A stretch of 64,000 nt of DNA. Source: Longimicrobiales bacterium (GTDB taxonomy: Bacteria > Gemmatimonadota > Gemmatimonadetes > Longimicrobiales > Gaopeijiaceae). Of the stretch, positions 1 through 9,899 are shown one piece after another. Under the pieces are notes generated by a model, which saw nothing but the letters and a program-made list of their open reading frames with translations, did not search any database and was not told where the DNA came from. Position 1 is the stretch's first letter. Each line of letters begins with the position of its first letter. Location of the stretch: the NCBI GenBank assembly GCA_965237965.1, contig CBDEGT010000002.1:77496-141495 (forward strand). Reading direction: 5' to 3'. The position numbers and the translations under genes are program-made.

Positions 1-753
1 GAGCGCCGGCTGGATGCGTGGGACCTCCTGGTGATCTACCTGGACGGGATCCAGATGGGCTCGCACCACGTGCTTGCTGCGGTAGGCGTGGACTCAGACG
101 GAAAGAAGCACGTGCTGGGCGTGAGGGAAGGAGCGAGTGAGAACGCCGAGGTGACCAGCGCGCTCCTAGAGGATCTGGTCGAGCGCGGCCTGGACCCGGG
201 CAGGCGGCGGCTGTTCGTGATCGATGGCTCGAAAGCGCTCAGGAAGGCGATCGAGAAGGTGTTCGGCCAACGTCACCCCATCCAGCGCTGCCGCAACCAC
301 AAGCTCCGCAACGTGCTGGGTCATCTGCCGAAGGATCAGCATCCTCAGGTGAAGGCGGCGTTCCGGGCGGCGATGAAGCTGGACGCGAAGCAGGGCGAGC
401 AGAAGCTCGAGCAGCTCGCCCGATGGCTCGAGCGCGACCACCCCTCGGCCTCGGCCAGCCTACGCGAAGGCCTCAGCGAGATGTTCACGATCAACCGGCT
501 CGGCCTCCCGCCGCGGCTGAGGAAGTGCCTGGGCTCGACCAACCTGATCGACAGCACCCACTCGGGCGTAAGACGGAAGACCCGCAGGGTGACCAACTGG
601 AAGAACGGAGCGATGGCCTTGCGCTGGGCTGCGGCCTCGTTCGTGGAGACCGAGAAGAGCTACCGGAGGATCATCGGCTACGACCAGATCTGGATGCTCA
701 GGGCCCACCTCGACGACCATGAACCGGTTGCCGAAATGAGAAAGGCAGGCTAA
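1..753 (+). CDS. IS256 family (Mutator-type) transposase, C-terminal ~240 aa; 5' end lies outside the window
   Basis: ORF 31..753 reads ..HVLAAVGVDSDGKKHVLG..FVIDGSKALRKAIEKVF..RCRNHKLRNVL.., the conserved IS256 DDE core. The frame is open to the window edge. Confidence 0.8.
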   Translation, partial: ERRLDAWDLLVIYLDGIQMGSHHVLAAVGVDSDGKKHVLGVREGASENAEVTSALLEDLVERGLDPGRRRLFVIDGSKALRKAIEKVFGQRHPIQRCRNHKLRNVLGHLPKDQHPQVKAAFRAAMKLDAKQGEQKLEQLARWLERDHPSASASLREGLSEMFTINRLGLPPRLRKCLGSTNLIDSTHSGVRRKTRRVTNWKNGAMALRWAAASFVETEKSYRRIIGYDQIWMLRAHLDDHEPVAEMRKAG

Positions 754-799
754 CAAGGAGACTCTCCGGAGCCACCACCTTCAACTGTCAGCGGGACAC

Positions 800-940
800 C
801 ATCCGAGCTGGCACTCGATGCGGTAGCGCCCCTCAAGGGCCGCGTTCAGGCGGGAGACAGGATCGGGGCCATTCACCCGCTCAAGATGGGCATGGGACCC
901 ATGAACCGCGAGCAAATACCTCTCGTGGGCAGACGGGTGC
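800..940 (-). repeat. kinase-5' module, copy A (kinase promoter/SD/N-terminal codons; orphan)
   Basis: Contains ctcgatgcggtagcg..cgcgttcaggcgg, whose reverse complement encodes [13 protein letters not shown]. About 90% identical to six other copies. Confidence 0.6.
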
Positions 941-965
941 AGTTCTCGGCCCTCGGGCTTCGCGC

Positions 966-1562
966 TCAGGGTTCCCCGGGCAAGTATCGTCGGGCGATTT
1001 CGAACAGCTCGTTCAACCCGAGCGTCGCGAGCCAGCCCTGCAGGGTCGCGACGTCCAACGTGTCGCCGCTGATCCGAAGCATCACGGCGATGTCGCGCAG
1101 ATGCCGGTCCGACTCGGAGGTTCGGTAGTACTCGAGCTTGCGCAGAATTACATACTCGAGCGGCGCCACCCAGATGCCCAGGTCGCCGATCTGCATGCGC
1201 CTGCGGTGACCGAAGGCCCAGGCGTGCAGTGGGGTGTCTCCGGCCAAATAGACGTCCGCCCTCAGGGCCGTATCGCGATGGATGATGTTGAAGTGGCCAC
1301 CCTCGGGTCGAGCGGCCTCCTCCCGCATCACATCGAGCGGCGGCACATAGAACGCCTCACCGTCGAACAATGATGCTAGCCGGGCAGCATCCGGCGGATC
1401 CAGCACGAGCACGATGTCGATGTCACGCGTGAAGCGGGGCTCTCCGTAGATCACCGAAGCGACCCCTCCGGTGATCATGTAGGGGATCGCCGTGCTCTCG
1501 AGGGGCCGGATGAAGAGCCCGGTCAGGTCAGGGGCAATCACCGCCCACCAGGACCCGCGCAC
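966..1562 (-). CDS. Pol-beta-superfamily nucleotidyltransferase, AbiEii-like (putative toxin/abortive-infection NTase)
   Basis: Motif TGGVASVIYGEPRFTRDIDIVLV matches the G[GS]..R.S.D[IL]D signature of the AbiEii/DUF1814 NTase. 198 aa. Overlaps the upstream small ORF by 35 bp. Confidence 0.5.
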   Translation of the reverse strand: MRGSWWAVIAPDLTGLFIRPLESTAIPYMITGGVASVIYGEPRFTRDIDIVLVLDPPDAARLASLFDGEAFYVPPLDVMREEAARPEGGHFNIIHRDTALRADVYLAGDTPLHAWAFGHRRRMQIGDLGIWVAPLEYVILRKLEYYRTSESDRHLRDIAVMLRISGDTLDVATLQGWLATLGLNELFEIARRYLPGEP

Positions 1563-1767
1563 GGGCTCGTACCTCGTCCTCCGATAGATCTGGCCAACGA
1601 GCCCGCAGGCCGGCCGCTTTGAGCTCGTACGCCTGACGGATCAAGGAGCCCATCACCGCCAGTTTCTGCGCCGGCTTCATCCGCCGCAGGAGTTCGGTCT
1701 CCTTGTCCGTCATGGTCATGGACCGACTCTCCGGAAAGGGACCGTCTTGGGCAAGGCCCGTTCGCAC
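1528..1767 (-). CDS. small helical protein upstream of and overlapping the NTase gene; candidate cognate antitoxin-like partner (likely start MTMTDKE.. at ~1719)
   Basis: 64-79 aa ORF, same strand, 3' end overlaps the NTase start. No recognisable domain. Confidence 0.35.
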   Translation of the reverse strand: MRTGLAQDGPFPESRSMTMTDKETELLRRMKPAQKLAVMGSLIRQAYELKAAGLRARWPDLSEDEVRARARVLVGGDCP

Positions 1768-1986
1768 GTGCGGCTCGGTGGTGCAGTGGGCCGGGTGACG
1801 AGGTCGGGCACGGCACCTGGCTCAGAACGGGGCCAGCCGGCCGACGATCAGTATCCCGTGTCCAGGGGAGCACCCGCAATGGCCGGGGGGGCGGCTGGGC
1901 TGCAAGAGGTCTCCTCGCTAAGATGTTCACAGAGGACCTCAAGATCGGGACCCGAAGCCCCCCATGGCCGGCTATGTAGATGCTAG

Positions 1987-3189
1987 GGAAGCTCTGAGCA
2001 AGGCCCTTCTGGGGGCGGTGCGAGACGGAGGGAGCCGGTTTCAGCGGTCTTGGGGGCGATGACGGGCTGAAAACGCGCCCAACCGGCATGTTCTGGCCGA
2101 TGATCCCCTCGTTGCGCCCCGCGTGGGCGGATGTTTCCCGCGCCGGCCGCTCACGCCGTCGAATAGCGGCCCGCCACAAGCAGGTTCGCGAAGCCCAGGA
2201 GCAGCGCGATCCGTTCCATGTTCTTGGCCAGCCCGCGGTAGCGAACCTTCCGGTAACCGAAGCGGCGCTTCACATACAGGAACGGGTGCTCCACCTTTGC
2301 CCGCACCGAGGCCTTGTCCCGCTCGCGCAGCCACCGCGCCCCGCCCTGCTCCAGGAGCCGCCGCCGCCCCGGTCTCATCGCCACATGCCACTGCACCGGA
2401 CGGCCTCCCGTGTCCACCCACTTCTCGATCCCCCGGTAGCCCGCGTCCGCCCACACCTCCTCCTCGCCGCCGTGAAGCAACGCCCCCGCCTCCCGAAGAT
2501 CGTGCGTGTTCGCCGGCGTCGCCCGCACGCCATGCACCAGTCCCGTCTCCGCGTCCACCCCGATGTGCGCCTTCATCCCGAAGTGCCACTCGTTGCCCTT
2601 CCTCGTCTGATGCATCTCCGGATCCCGCGCCCCCTCCCGGTTCTTCGTCGATGACGGCGCCGCGATGATGCTCGCGTCCACGATCGTCCCCGCCCGCACC
2701 CGGTAGCCCCGCTCCGCCAGGTGCGCGTTGATCTCCTCGAACAAACCACGCCCCAGCCTGTGCCGCTCCAGCAGGTGCCGAAAGTTCAGAATCGTCGTCT
2801 CGTCCGGCAGCGGACCCGTCAAACGCAGCCCCGCGAACCGCCGCACCGACTCGATCTCGTACAGCATGTCCTCCATCCCCGGGTCGCTCAGGTTGTAGAA
2901 CAGCTGCACGCAGTGAATCCTCAGCATCGCCGCCAACGGGTACGGCTGCCGCCCCCGCCCCGCCTTCGGATACAACGGCCGAATCCGCGCCTCCAGACGC
3001 TCCCACGGAATCAGCGCCTCCATCCGCTCCAGAAACAGCTCCCGCCGCGTCCGCCGCTTCTTCCCCTCGTACTCCACATCCGCGAACGTCACCTGCTCCA
3101 TCGTCCGCCTCCCCGATCGTCCCGCTCAGCCCTTGAACTCCCGCCCCGTAAATCTAATGTCCCAGGGACCGACTTATTCAGAGTATTCC
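1987..3189 (-). mobile_element. IS5-family insertion sequence 'IS5-A' copy 1 (~1.2 kb). Imperfect terminal IRs GGAAGCTCTGAGCAAG / GGAATACTCTGAATAAG, flanked by TAG
   Basis: Terminal inverted repeats found at both ends. An identical copy lies at 25361..27774. Flanks are ..gcTAG|IS|TAGgcg. Confidence 0.8.
2151..3101 (-). CDS. IS5 family DDE transposase
   Basis: 316 aa, ..LAAMLRIHCVQLFYNLSDPGMEDMLYE..IVDASIIAAPSSTKN..KGNEWHFGMKAHIGVD.. is typical IS5/IS1182-clade transposase. Identical to ORF 26751..27686 except the last residues. Confidence 0.85.
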   Translation of the reverse strand: MEQVTFADVEYEGKKRRTRRELFLERMEALIPWERLEARIRPLYPKAGRGRQPYPLAAMLRIHCVQLFYNLSDPGMEDMLYEIESVRRFAGLRLTGPLPDETTILNFRHLLERHRLGRGLFEEINAHLAERGYRVRAGTIVDASIIAAPSSTKNREGARDPEMHQTRKGNEWHFGMKAHIGVDAETGLVHGVRATPANTHDLREAGALLHGGEEEVWADAGYRGIEKWVDTGGRPVQWHVAMRPGRRRLLEQGGARWLRERDKASVRAKVEHPFLYVKRRFGYRKVRYRGLAKNMERIALLLGFANLLVAGRYSTA

Positions 3190-3542
3190 TAGGCGAAGGT
3201 GATGGATTAACGCATGCATACGCTCGCGCGCCGGCTTCTCATCTCTCTCGTTCGCTCGCACCCTTCGGGAAACGGGGGGCGGCGTGGCGTCGACCGCCCG
3301 ACCTACCAGCCAGAACGTCGTAGCGCGCGCCCGCGAGGATATGCGGCCTCAGAGCCCCCCACGGACTTAGAAAGGCGGGCCGCGGCTTTGAGGCTGCACT
3401 AGATCGGCCTTCGCCGCGGCCGTCCCCTACGTAGCCTTCCCACCGCGAGTACGTAGCAGCGCGTAGATCACCCAGAAGGCCCACCCCGCATCTTCCCGTC
3501 TAGGTGGTCGATCGAGGATCGGAGCGAACCGAGGGGAGATCG

Positions 3543-4403
3543 ATGTCAAACTCAGTGGCGGGCGGCAGAGGCGGCTCGGGTCGCTCTTCCCCAGTCGCGA
3601 TCGTCACCGGAGCAGCCAGCGGCATTGGCCGACACTGGGCGCAAGTCCTGCGAGGTCGCGGATTCAGACTTGCTTTGGCAGATGTGAGCGGCGAAGGGCT
3701 GCGAGCAGCGTTCGACGACGAGGCGGGCGTCCGCCTCCACACCCTCGACACGCGCTCGGTGGAGGGATGGCAAAGGATGGTGGACGACACGCTCCACCAT
3801 TTCGGCGCCGTAGATTATCTGTTCAACATCGCTGGCAGTGGCAGACCGGGGTTCCTGCTCGACGTCCCGATGGACCTCGTGGACACGTCCATCGATGTGA
3901 ACCTGAAGGGCCACATCTACGGAATGAAGACCGTCGGACCGGTCATGGTTCGTCAGGGATCCGGCCACATCGTCAACATGTCCTCGCTGGCCGGGATCTC
4001 GCCTACGCCGGGCAACGAACTCTATTCGGCCGCCAAGAGTGGCCTCCGCGCCGTGTCCATCGCGACCGCTATTCGCCTGCGGCCCACGGGCGTCTTCATC
4101 ACCGTCGTCTGTCCCGATTTGGTGGACACGCCGACCCTCGCGAAGCACTTGATGTTAGATCCGAACGATGTCGCGCTCATCCACTCGGGTCGCCGCGCGC
4201 TCACGGTTGAGGAGGTAGAGGCCGCCCTCTTGCAGGCGCTTCGGGACCGGCCGTTGGAGATCACGGTGCCGGGTTCTCGAGGTTGGTTCGTGAAGATCGT
4301 CAACTGCTTCCCTCCCCTCATGTTCCACCTCTACGGCGTCCTCATGCGGCGAGGTCTCAGGCGTCTCGAGATGTTGAAGCGGGCACGTGTGAGGCCGGGG
4401 TGA
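3543..4403 (+). CDS. SDR family NAD(P)-dependent oxidoreductase
   Basis: TGAASGIG Rossmann motif and YSAAK catalytic motif. Start chosen at MSNSV. Confidence 0.8.
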   Translation: MSNSVAGGRGGSGRSSPVAIVTGAASGIGRHWAQVLRGRGFRLALADVSGEGLRAAFDDEAGVRLHTLDTRSVEGWQRMVDDTLHHFGAVDYLFNIAGSGRPGFLLDVPMDLVDTSIDVNLKGHIYGMKTVGPVMVRQGSGHIVNMSSLAGISPTPGNELYSAAKSGLRAVSIATAIRLRPTGVFITVVCPDLVDTPTLAKHLMLDPNDVALIHSGRRALTVEEVEAALLQALRDRPLEITVPGSRGWFVKIVNCFPPLMFHLYGVLMRRGLRRLEMLKRARVRPG

Positions 4404-5431
4404 ACTCCCACCCCGGCGGCTCTGCGTCACTCGTCCTCAGAGCGCTAGGCGTTGCCGTCCTAGCTCTCGCTACTTCGCGCGCTGCGTCCGGGCAGGAAAC
4501 GGAGCCCGTCAACCTCTACCGGTTCGTGCTCGACCTCGAGGTTCCAGAGTCTCCTGCGCTCGTCGCGCTCGGGCTCGCACCTTCACAGGCGCTGGCGGCG
4601 ACCGCGCCGAAGCCGCTCGGCATGAGCCTCGCAGCTGAATGGGACGGGGCGGGACGATCGCTTCCCGCGGCTGCGTTCGAGTTCTCGCCTTATTTTCTGG
4701 TGGGCGGCGGACGGCGCACCTTGCAGCGCTATCGTTCGAATTCGGTCCGGGGTCGACTCGGGCGCATCGGCGGCAGAACCGTTGTCTCACTGGGCGTCGC
4801 GGGCGATCCGGCGCACAGCGGTGCGGTGCGTATCGCGCTCGGTGTGCGCGCCACGCTGCACGATCCACACGATCCCGTCAACAACGCCGGCGGTCTTCCG
4901 GAGTTGGTGTCCGCGCTCCTGCCCGACAACGTCTCGGCCCGCGCGAGCAACATTCGTGGCTACTCGGACGCGATCGATCGGAGCCTCACGGAAGCTGCCC
5001 GGGCGATGAGAGCCCGGCCCCGATGGATCGTGTCAATGGGCTACGGAGTCGTGGGGTCGGTCCACGATCAGACGTCGGAGGGCGGGAAGATCGACTCCGG
5101 TAGCCACACGCTCTGGCTCGCGTGGCAACGTACCCTGGACGAAAACTTCGATCTCCTGTTCACGGGTCAGGCGCTACGCGTCTTCAACCCCGCAGCGGAC
5201 TTCAGGATCGCATCGGGTTTGCGTCGGAAGGCCGCGGCCGTGGATCTGCTCGCGGACGTATACTACGACACCCAAGACCGAAGACTGCACGGGGGTATGG
5301 CGTTCTCGGTCCATCTCGCACGCGGCATCCGGGCTGGGCTGTCGCTCGGCTCGGAGCCCGAAGCTGATGGTACGAGGGTTGTCCGCAAGCTCAGAGTGCG
5401 ATCGCTGTTGCGTTGGTCGTACGGAAACTGA
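4401..5431 (+). CDS. exported hypothetical protein, possible outer-membrane beta-barrel (GTG start)
   Basis: Signal-peptide-like SASLVLRALGVAVLALATSRAASGQ and C-terminal ..LLRWSYGN* (aromatic terminus). No recognisable domain. Confidence 0.4.
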
Positions 5432-5558
5432 ACGACCTCGGCGACTCCCACTACGTGGTTTCCTCCTGACGACTACGTAACCCGGCGTACACCCCGCCCA
5501 CCGCCGCAGACGTAACGTTCCATCACCTGGTACGGCTCTGCAGCAGGGAGAGGGTACG

Positions 5559-6533
5559 ATGTGGTCACTTCGAGGGCTGAGAGGCGCTGTCGCGGTCGTC
5601 GCCACACTGTGTGCAGCCGGGTGTTCGTGGGGCCTCATGCGCTTTCAGGCCGAAGGGCGATCCGACGTGCTGAGCGAGGCCGTCGGTCCCTACGAGGCCG
5701 TTCCAGGGATCACGCGGTTCGCATGGGACGATCTCGGCGGGCTGCACACAGATGCGATGGACACGCACGCCTTCCCGTTGAAGGTGCTCGTGGCAGCCCT
5801 TCTGCTGCGCCGCAGTGAACAGGGAGAGGCCGTTGCGTTTCGTGAAGAGGCGGTGCTCCCGATCCTCCAGGAGTTCGGGTTCATCATTCCGGACACCATC
5901 CTCAACATGCGGGACGCGCTGCAACCCAACCGGTATGCCAGGCCGCCCCCGTTTCCGGGAGCCGTCGATCTCGCGCTAACCAAAGCCGGGGAACGGCTCT
6001 TCACCGATCGGTGTGGATCGTGCCACGGCGAATACAGCTCCATCCCAAACGTGCGCCTCCAGCGGTACCCCAACGTCGTGGTGCCCGTTGAGAACGTGGG
6101 CACCGACCCCACGCGTTGGGAGGCCGCGGAGCCGGCGCTGGCCACCGCGATCCAGGAGAGCGCAGCGGGGAATCTTCTCGCCGTCGGTCCCACCCCTGGG
6201 TATGTGCCGCCGCCCCTGACCGGACTCTGGGCCACGGCTCCATACCTTCACAACGGGTCCGTCCCCACCCTCTGGCACATGATGCATCCCGAGCTCCGAC
6301 CCGATCGATTCCAGGTGGGGGGGCACCGACTGGATTTCGAGTGGCTGGGAATCGACGGGGAGACCGCCCGGGACGGGATCTATCGGTACCCGGACGGCTA
6401 CGAGCCGTGGTCGACGCCCCTCGTCTTCGACACGGCGCTCCCCGGTCAGAGCAATCGCGGTCACGAAAAGCCGTTCCAGGACCTCTCCGGAGCGGAGAAG
6501 CGGGCTCTTCTCGAGTACCTGAAGCTCCTCTGA
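5559..6533 (+). CDS. c-type cytochrome lipoprotein (single CxxCH; second-domain-like to di-haem cytochrome c peroxidase/MauG)
   Basis: Lipobox ..LCAAGCSW, haem motif CGSCHG, and PYLHNGSVPTL resembling the CCP-family distal motif. Confidence 0.6.
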   Translation: MWSLRGLRGAVAVVATLCAAGCSWGLMRFQAEGRSDVLSEAVGPYEAVPGITRFAWDDLGGLHTDAMDTHAFPLKVLVAALLLRRSEQGEAVAFREEAVLPILQEFGFIIPDTILNMRDALQPNRYARPPPFPGAVDLALTKAGERLFTDRCGSCHGEYSSIPNVRLQRYPNVVVPVENVGTDPTRWEAAEPALATAIQESAAGNLLAVGPTPGYVPPPLTGLWATAPYLHNGSVPTLWHMMHPELRPDRFQVGGHRLDFEWLGIDGETARDGIYRYPDGYEPWSTPLVFDTALPGQSNRGHEKPFQDLSGAEKRALLEYLKLL

Positions 6534-6678
6534 GGCCTCGCTCCCCATTCGGAGCGTGCCTCGCCATGATAGGCACCATAGGGACATGGCGTCCACGAGG
6601 GCTCGAGTCGGCCGTGGAGAGCGCGTAACACCGGTAGTTGGTGCTCGTCAGCGGCTCGACCTGCTCTTCCCACAGCCT

Positions 6679-7953
6679 CTACAAGGCCTCGGGCGGGCCC
6701 TCCAGCACGAACCGCCACCGCTCGTAACCGGAACCGCGGAGATCCCGGACAAGCAGGAGCATCTCGGTGGCAGGCTCGAGAAGACCCACCGCCACGATTC
6801 TGCCGTCGTATCGGTTCTCGATGGAGTTCACCGGGGTGTGGGCCACGACATGTAGCTCGGCCCCGTAGACGTTCAACGTCTGCTCGAGCGCCGACACAAG
6901 TGTATCGGTCTGAACATAGCCTCGAAACCACAGGATGCTTTCGTCCTCGAACAGGAGCCTACCCCTTCGGTCGAGCGCCGCGGGTTCCACGACGATCACC
7001 TCGGAGTATTGGCTTCGCACCGAGTCTGCGGTCTCCATGTCTAGCGCAATCGCCACCGTCGAATCGGCCCAACGGTAGAACAGGTCTTCAGCGATAAAGG
7101 TGCGTATTGAGTCGTTTACCGCCTCTACCGAACTCGGTGCAACCCCCGGGAGAATCCCGCCGTGGGCGAGGAGGGCGCCGTCCACCCGCATGACCCCAGG
7201 GCGCTCGGCCAGCCACTTGCCGAGGAGGGATGAGCGCACGTCGAAGAGCTCGGGATACGAGGCCCCGTGCATGCGCGCGATCAGCTGCTCCTTGGGTGCG
7301 ACGTAGCGGACGTCGTGAGTGAAGATCAGCGCCTCATGATTCCCGAGAACGACGTGGGAACCACCTCCAGCCGAACGGGCCTCCTGCTCCAGCCGGTAGA
7401 GGAGCCAAAGCGTCTTGGTGACGTCCGCGCCACGATCGAAAAGATCCCCTAGGAAGACCACGTGCCGGCGCCCTCCAGTCCACGTCCCCTCCGCGTCGGT
7501 CAGCCGCGCGTTCATGAGCAGCCGCAGAAGCCGCTCGTACTCGCCATGCACGTCCCCCACCACGAAAAGCGAGTCGACCCCCGTCCGAATGCCCGATTCG
7601 GGCGATCGGACTTCTCCTATGAAGAGTCGGGTCGAGTGCAATCGGCTAGAGCCGGCCACCCCGTACCGAAGGAGAACGTCCCGATCAAGGCGCGGAAGCG
7701 ATACCTCGTGAGATTCTGCCCGTGGTGTCTTGGTATCAAGAATAAGACCATCGTCCGTGAGCACCTGGAGGAACCCTTCCTGCGCCCCGGAGGTGAGCCA
7801 GTGGACCCCGAGCTCGACACCGTCATCCGTCACCCACAGCCCGTACTCCCCCTCCACTCGGGTCTGAGCCTGCGCAGGTCCCGAGCTGAGCGCCAGCAGG
7901 TGTGAGCAGAGCAGTAGAAGGGCGCTCCAACGCGGGAACGTGGAGCCGCTCAT
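6679..7953 (-). CDS. secreted metallophosphoesterase (calcineurin-like / PPP-family phosphatase)
   Basis: GDVHGEY..GDLFDRGAD..GNHE motif series, and N-terminal signal peptide MSGSTFPRWSALLLLCSHLLALSSGPAQA. Confidence 0.75.
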   Translation of the reverse strand: MSGSTFPRWSALLLLCSHLLALSSGPAQAQTRVEGEYGLWVTDDGVELGVHWLTSGAQEGFLQVLTDDGLILDTKTPRAESHEVSLPRLDRDVLLRYGVAGSSRLHSTRLFIGEVRSPESGIRTGVDSLFVVGDVHGEYERLLRLLMNARLTDAEGTWTGGRRHVVFLGDLFDRGADVTKTLWLLYRLEQEARSAGGGSHVVLGNHEALIFTHDVRYVAPKEQLIARMHGASYPELFDVRSSLLGKWLAERPGVMRVDGALLAHGGILPGVAPSSVEAVNDSIRTFIAEDLFYRWADSTVAIALDMETADSVRSQYSEVIVVEPAALDRRGRLLFEDESILWFRGYVQTDTLVSALEQTLNVYGAELHVVAHTPVNSIENRYDGRIVAVGLLEPATEMLLLVRDLRGSGYERWRFVLEGPPEAL

Positions 7954-8007
7954 GGGACCCACGGGGGAGGCCAACACGACTGTGAAGATCGAGGTCCGCC
8001 CAGCCGA

Positions 8008-8970
8008 TCAAAAAGCCATGTAGCGGCCTCGATCGACGTCGTCGAGGAAATCCTCAATCCGGTCCCAGACGTCATCGATCTCACCCTCCGTAAGACCGAT
8101 CTGAATTACCCCATCCTCCTCTCGTACCCCTCGCGTGTCCCACAGGTTTTCCGTTGGCTTCACCCTTACCAACTCGTCGTCGACTACCTCCCACTGTGCC
8201 AGCACCCCCAGCGTCTCATCTAACTCCTCCTCAGTGATGTCCCGAAGCCGCTCCACCGTGGCTGCAGGGAACTGATTCACTTGAAGAAATTTCCACTTCG
8301 TGCCGCGGTTGCTCTCCTCGCTTCGAAACGCCACGCCGTTGTCCACCGCGAAGACACGCGGGTTCGATGAGAACCTGGAGATGAGCAGGTTGCCGACGTT
8401 CGAGTCGCTGTGCCAAATGAGGTGCGTGAAGAGGTTCGCGTTCGCCCAGTGCCTGGCATAAGCAGGATCAGAACCGAATCGGTCCAGATCGAACACATCC
8501 TCATCTGTCACGAAAGTGAGGAAGGACTGCAGAACCACGAGCACCGACGCAGCCCCGCGGAATGTGGGATCCATGCGATCGTCCAGCGTCTGATACCAGT
8601 CGAGGGACACGGCACGCGGAACCGTCGGAGGAACGACGAAATCCGGCTCGTCCAAGAACAGCTTCTGGAGCTCGTAGGCCGCGATCTCGTAGCGCGGTGA
8701 GTTGTTGAAGTCGTCCCCACCTCGCGGGGCCGCTGCCCACTTAGTGAGAATCACCGTCCCGTCCTCGAACGACAACTCGGGACGCTGAGTTCGGTCTCGC
8801 TCGGTTCGCGTCCCGATCAGAGCGTCAGGAAGCTCGAACGGCGCGTAGGCCAGAAGGTATTCAATCGAGTCCACCGGAAGGGTGATATTCATGTCCTGAG
8901 CGCGCACAGACGACGTCGGCGCCGAGAACATCGCCACGCTCAGAGGCACGATCACATTGCGGGTTTTCAT
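8008..8970 (-). CDS. secreted protein with protein-kinase-like (PKL/APH-like) catalytic motifs
   Basis: Signal peptide. HSDSNVGNLL matches the HxDxxxxNLL catalytic loop of ePK/APH/choline kinases, and AVDNGVAF is a DFG-equivalent. Immediately upstream of the secreted phosphatase on the same strand. Confidence 0.4.
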   Translation of the reverse strand: MKTRNVIVPLSVAMFSAPTSSVRAQDMNITLPVDSIEYLLAYAPFELPDALIGTRTERDRTQRPELSFEDGTVILTKWAAAPRGGDDFNNSPRYEIAAYELQKLFLDEPDFVVPPTVPRAVSLDWYQTLDDRMDPTFRGAASVLVVLQSFLTFVTDEDVFDLDRFGSDPAYARHWANANLFTHLIWHSDSNVGNLLISRFSSNPRVFAVDNGVAFRSEESNRGTKWKFLQVNQFPAATVERLRDITEEELDETLGVLAQWEVVDDELVRVKPTENLWDTRGVREEDGVIQIGLTEGEIDDVWDRIEDFLDDVDRGRYMAF

Positions 8971-9000
8971 CCCATCCTCCGTTGGCCTATCGGAATGCGG

Positions 9001-9768
9001 CTAGTCGGACTCTTCCCTCTTCGGTCGCCGGTCCTCAGGAAGCACCACGGGCAAGGACACGCTGAAGGTCGTGCCTACGCCCGCTTCACTCTCTACCGAG
9101 ACCTCACCGCCGTGCCGGTCAACGATCTCCCTACAGATCATGAGCCCGAGCCCCATGCCCACTCGCTCCCCTTTTGTGGTGAACCCCGGCTCGAAGATCC
9201 TCTCCAGGTTCTCCCGAGTGATGCCGGTCCCGTTGTCCGCGACCTCTACGACTACCCGGTCGCCGGACGGCTGGGCCCGGAGGGTGAGCGTTCCTCTGCC
9301 CCGCACGGCTTGAATCGCGTTCATCATGAGGTTCATGAACACCTGATTCACCTGCTGGGCATAACACTCCACCCGGGGTAGGGTCTCAAACTGCTCTTCG
9401 ACTGTGATCCTGTCGCCCAACTCGTGCCTGAGAAGGTCGAGGGTCCCGTGCAACGCCTCAACCAGGTCGATGTTGTCCACCTCGGAGCGATCGGGTCTGC
9501 CGAAAGTACGAAGCGAAGAGACCACGTGCTTCATCCGCTCCACCGCCATCACATTGGTCTCCTCTACGTTAGTGATGACATGGATGATCCTGCGAACCTC
9601 CCCCAGCTCGTCCTCGGTCACCTTCTCGTCCTCGAGGATCATCTGCAACCGGCCGAGCGCACGCTTGGTAACTTCATGATTGCTCGCCAACGCTCCCAGT
9701 GGTGTGTTTACCTCATGCGCGACCCCGCGAACCAGGTTCCCCAGGGTGGCAAGTTGAGCGGCACGCAC
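9001..9768 (-). CDS. cytoplasmic sensor histidine kinase (HisKA + HATPase_c); coding-looking coiled coil continues upstream without a start codon
   Basis: H-box VAHEVNTPL, N-box MNLMMNAIQA, G-boxes DNGTGI / GMGLGL. GTG start only 10 aa before the H-box. Confidence 0.8.
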   Translation of the reverse strand: MRAAQLATLGNLVRGVAHEVNTPLGALASNHEVTKRALGRLQMILEDEKVTEDELGEVRRIIHVITNVEETNVMAVERMKHVVSSLRTFGRPDRSEVDNIDLVEALHGTLDLLRHELGDRITVEEQFETLPRVECYAQQVNQVFMNLMMNAIQAVRGRGTLTLRAQPSGDRVVVEVADNGTGITRENLERIFEPGFTTKGERVGMGLGLMICREIVDRHGGEVSVESEAGVGTTFSVSLPVVLPEDRRPKREESD

Positions 9769-9899
9769 CAGATCGGCGCGTACCTCGAGCTCGCGGGCTT
9801 GGACCTCGTCTAATTCTCTCTGGACCGATTCCAGCTTCCGGTTCGCCTCTGCGAGCCGGCGGGCCAGCGTCTCACTGTCGAGGGTATCGGGGCGGGAGC

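Noticed and set aside
2041-3006. Long antisense or overlapping ORFs in GC-rich transposase genes, e.g. 2041..3006 (-), 2088..2654 (+), 25596..27239 (+, 547 aa), 26704..27591 (-), 28476..29645 (-)
   Set aside because: They overlap well-supported IS5 transposase genes in other frames or strands and have Arg/Pro/Ala-rich low-complexity composition typical of spurious ORFs in high-GC DNA.
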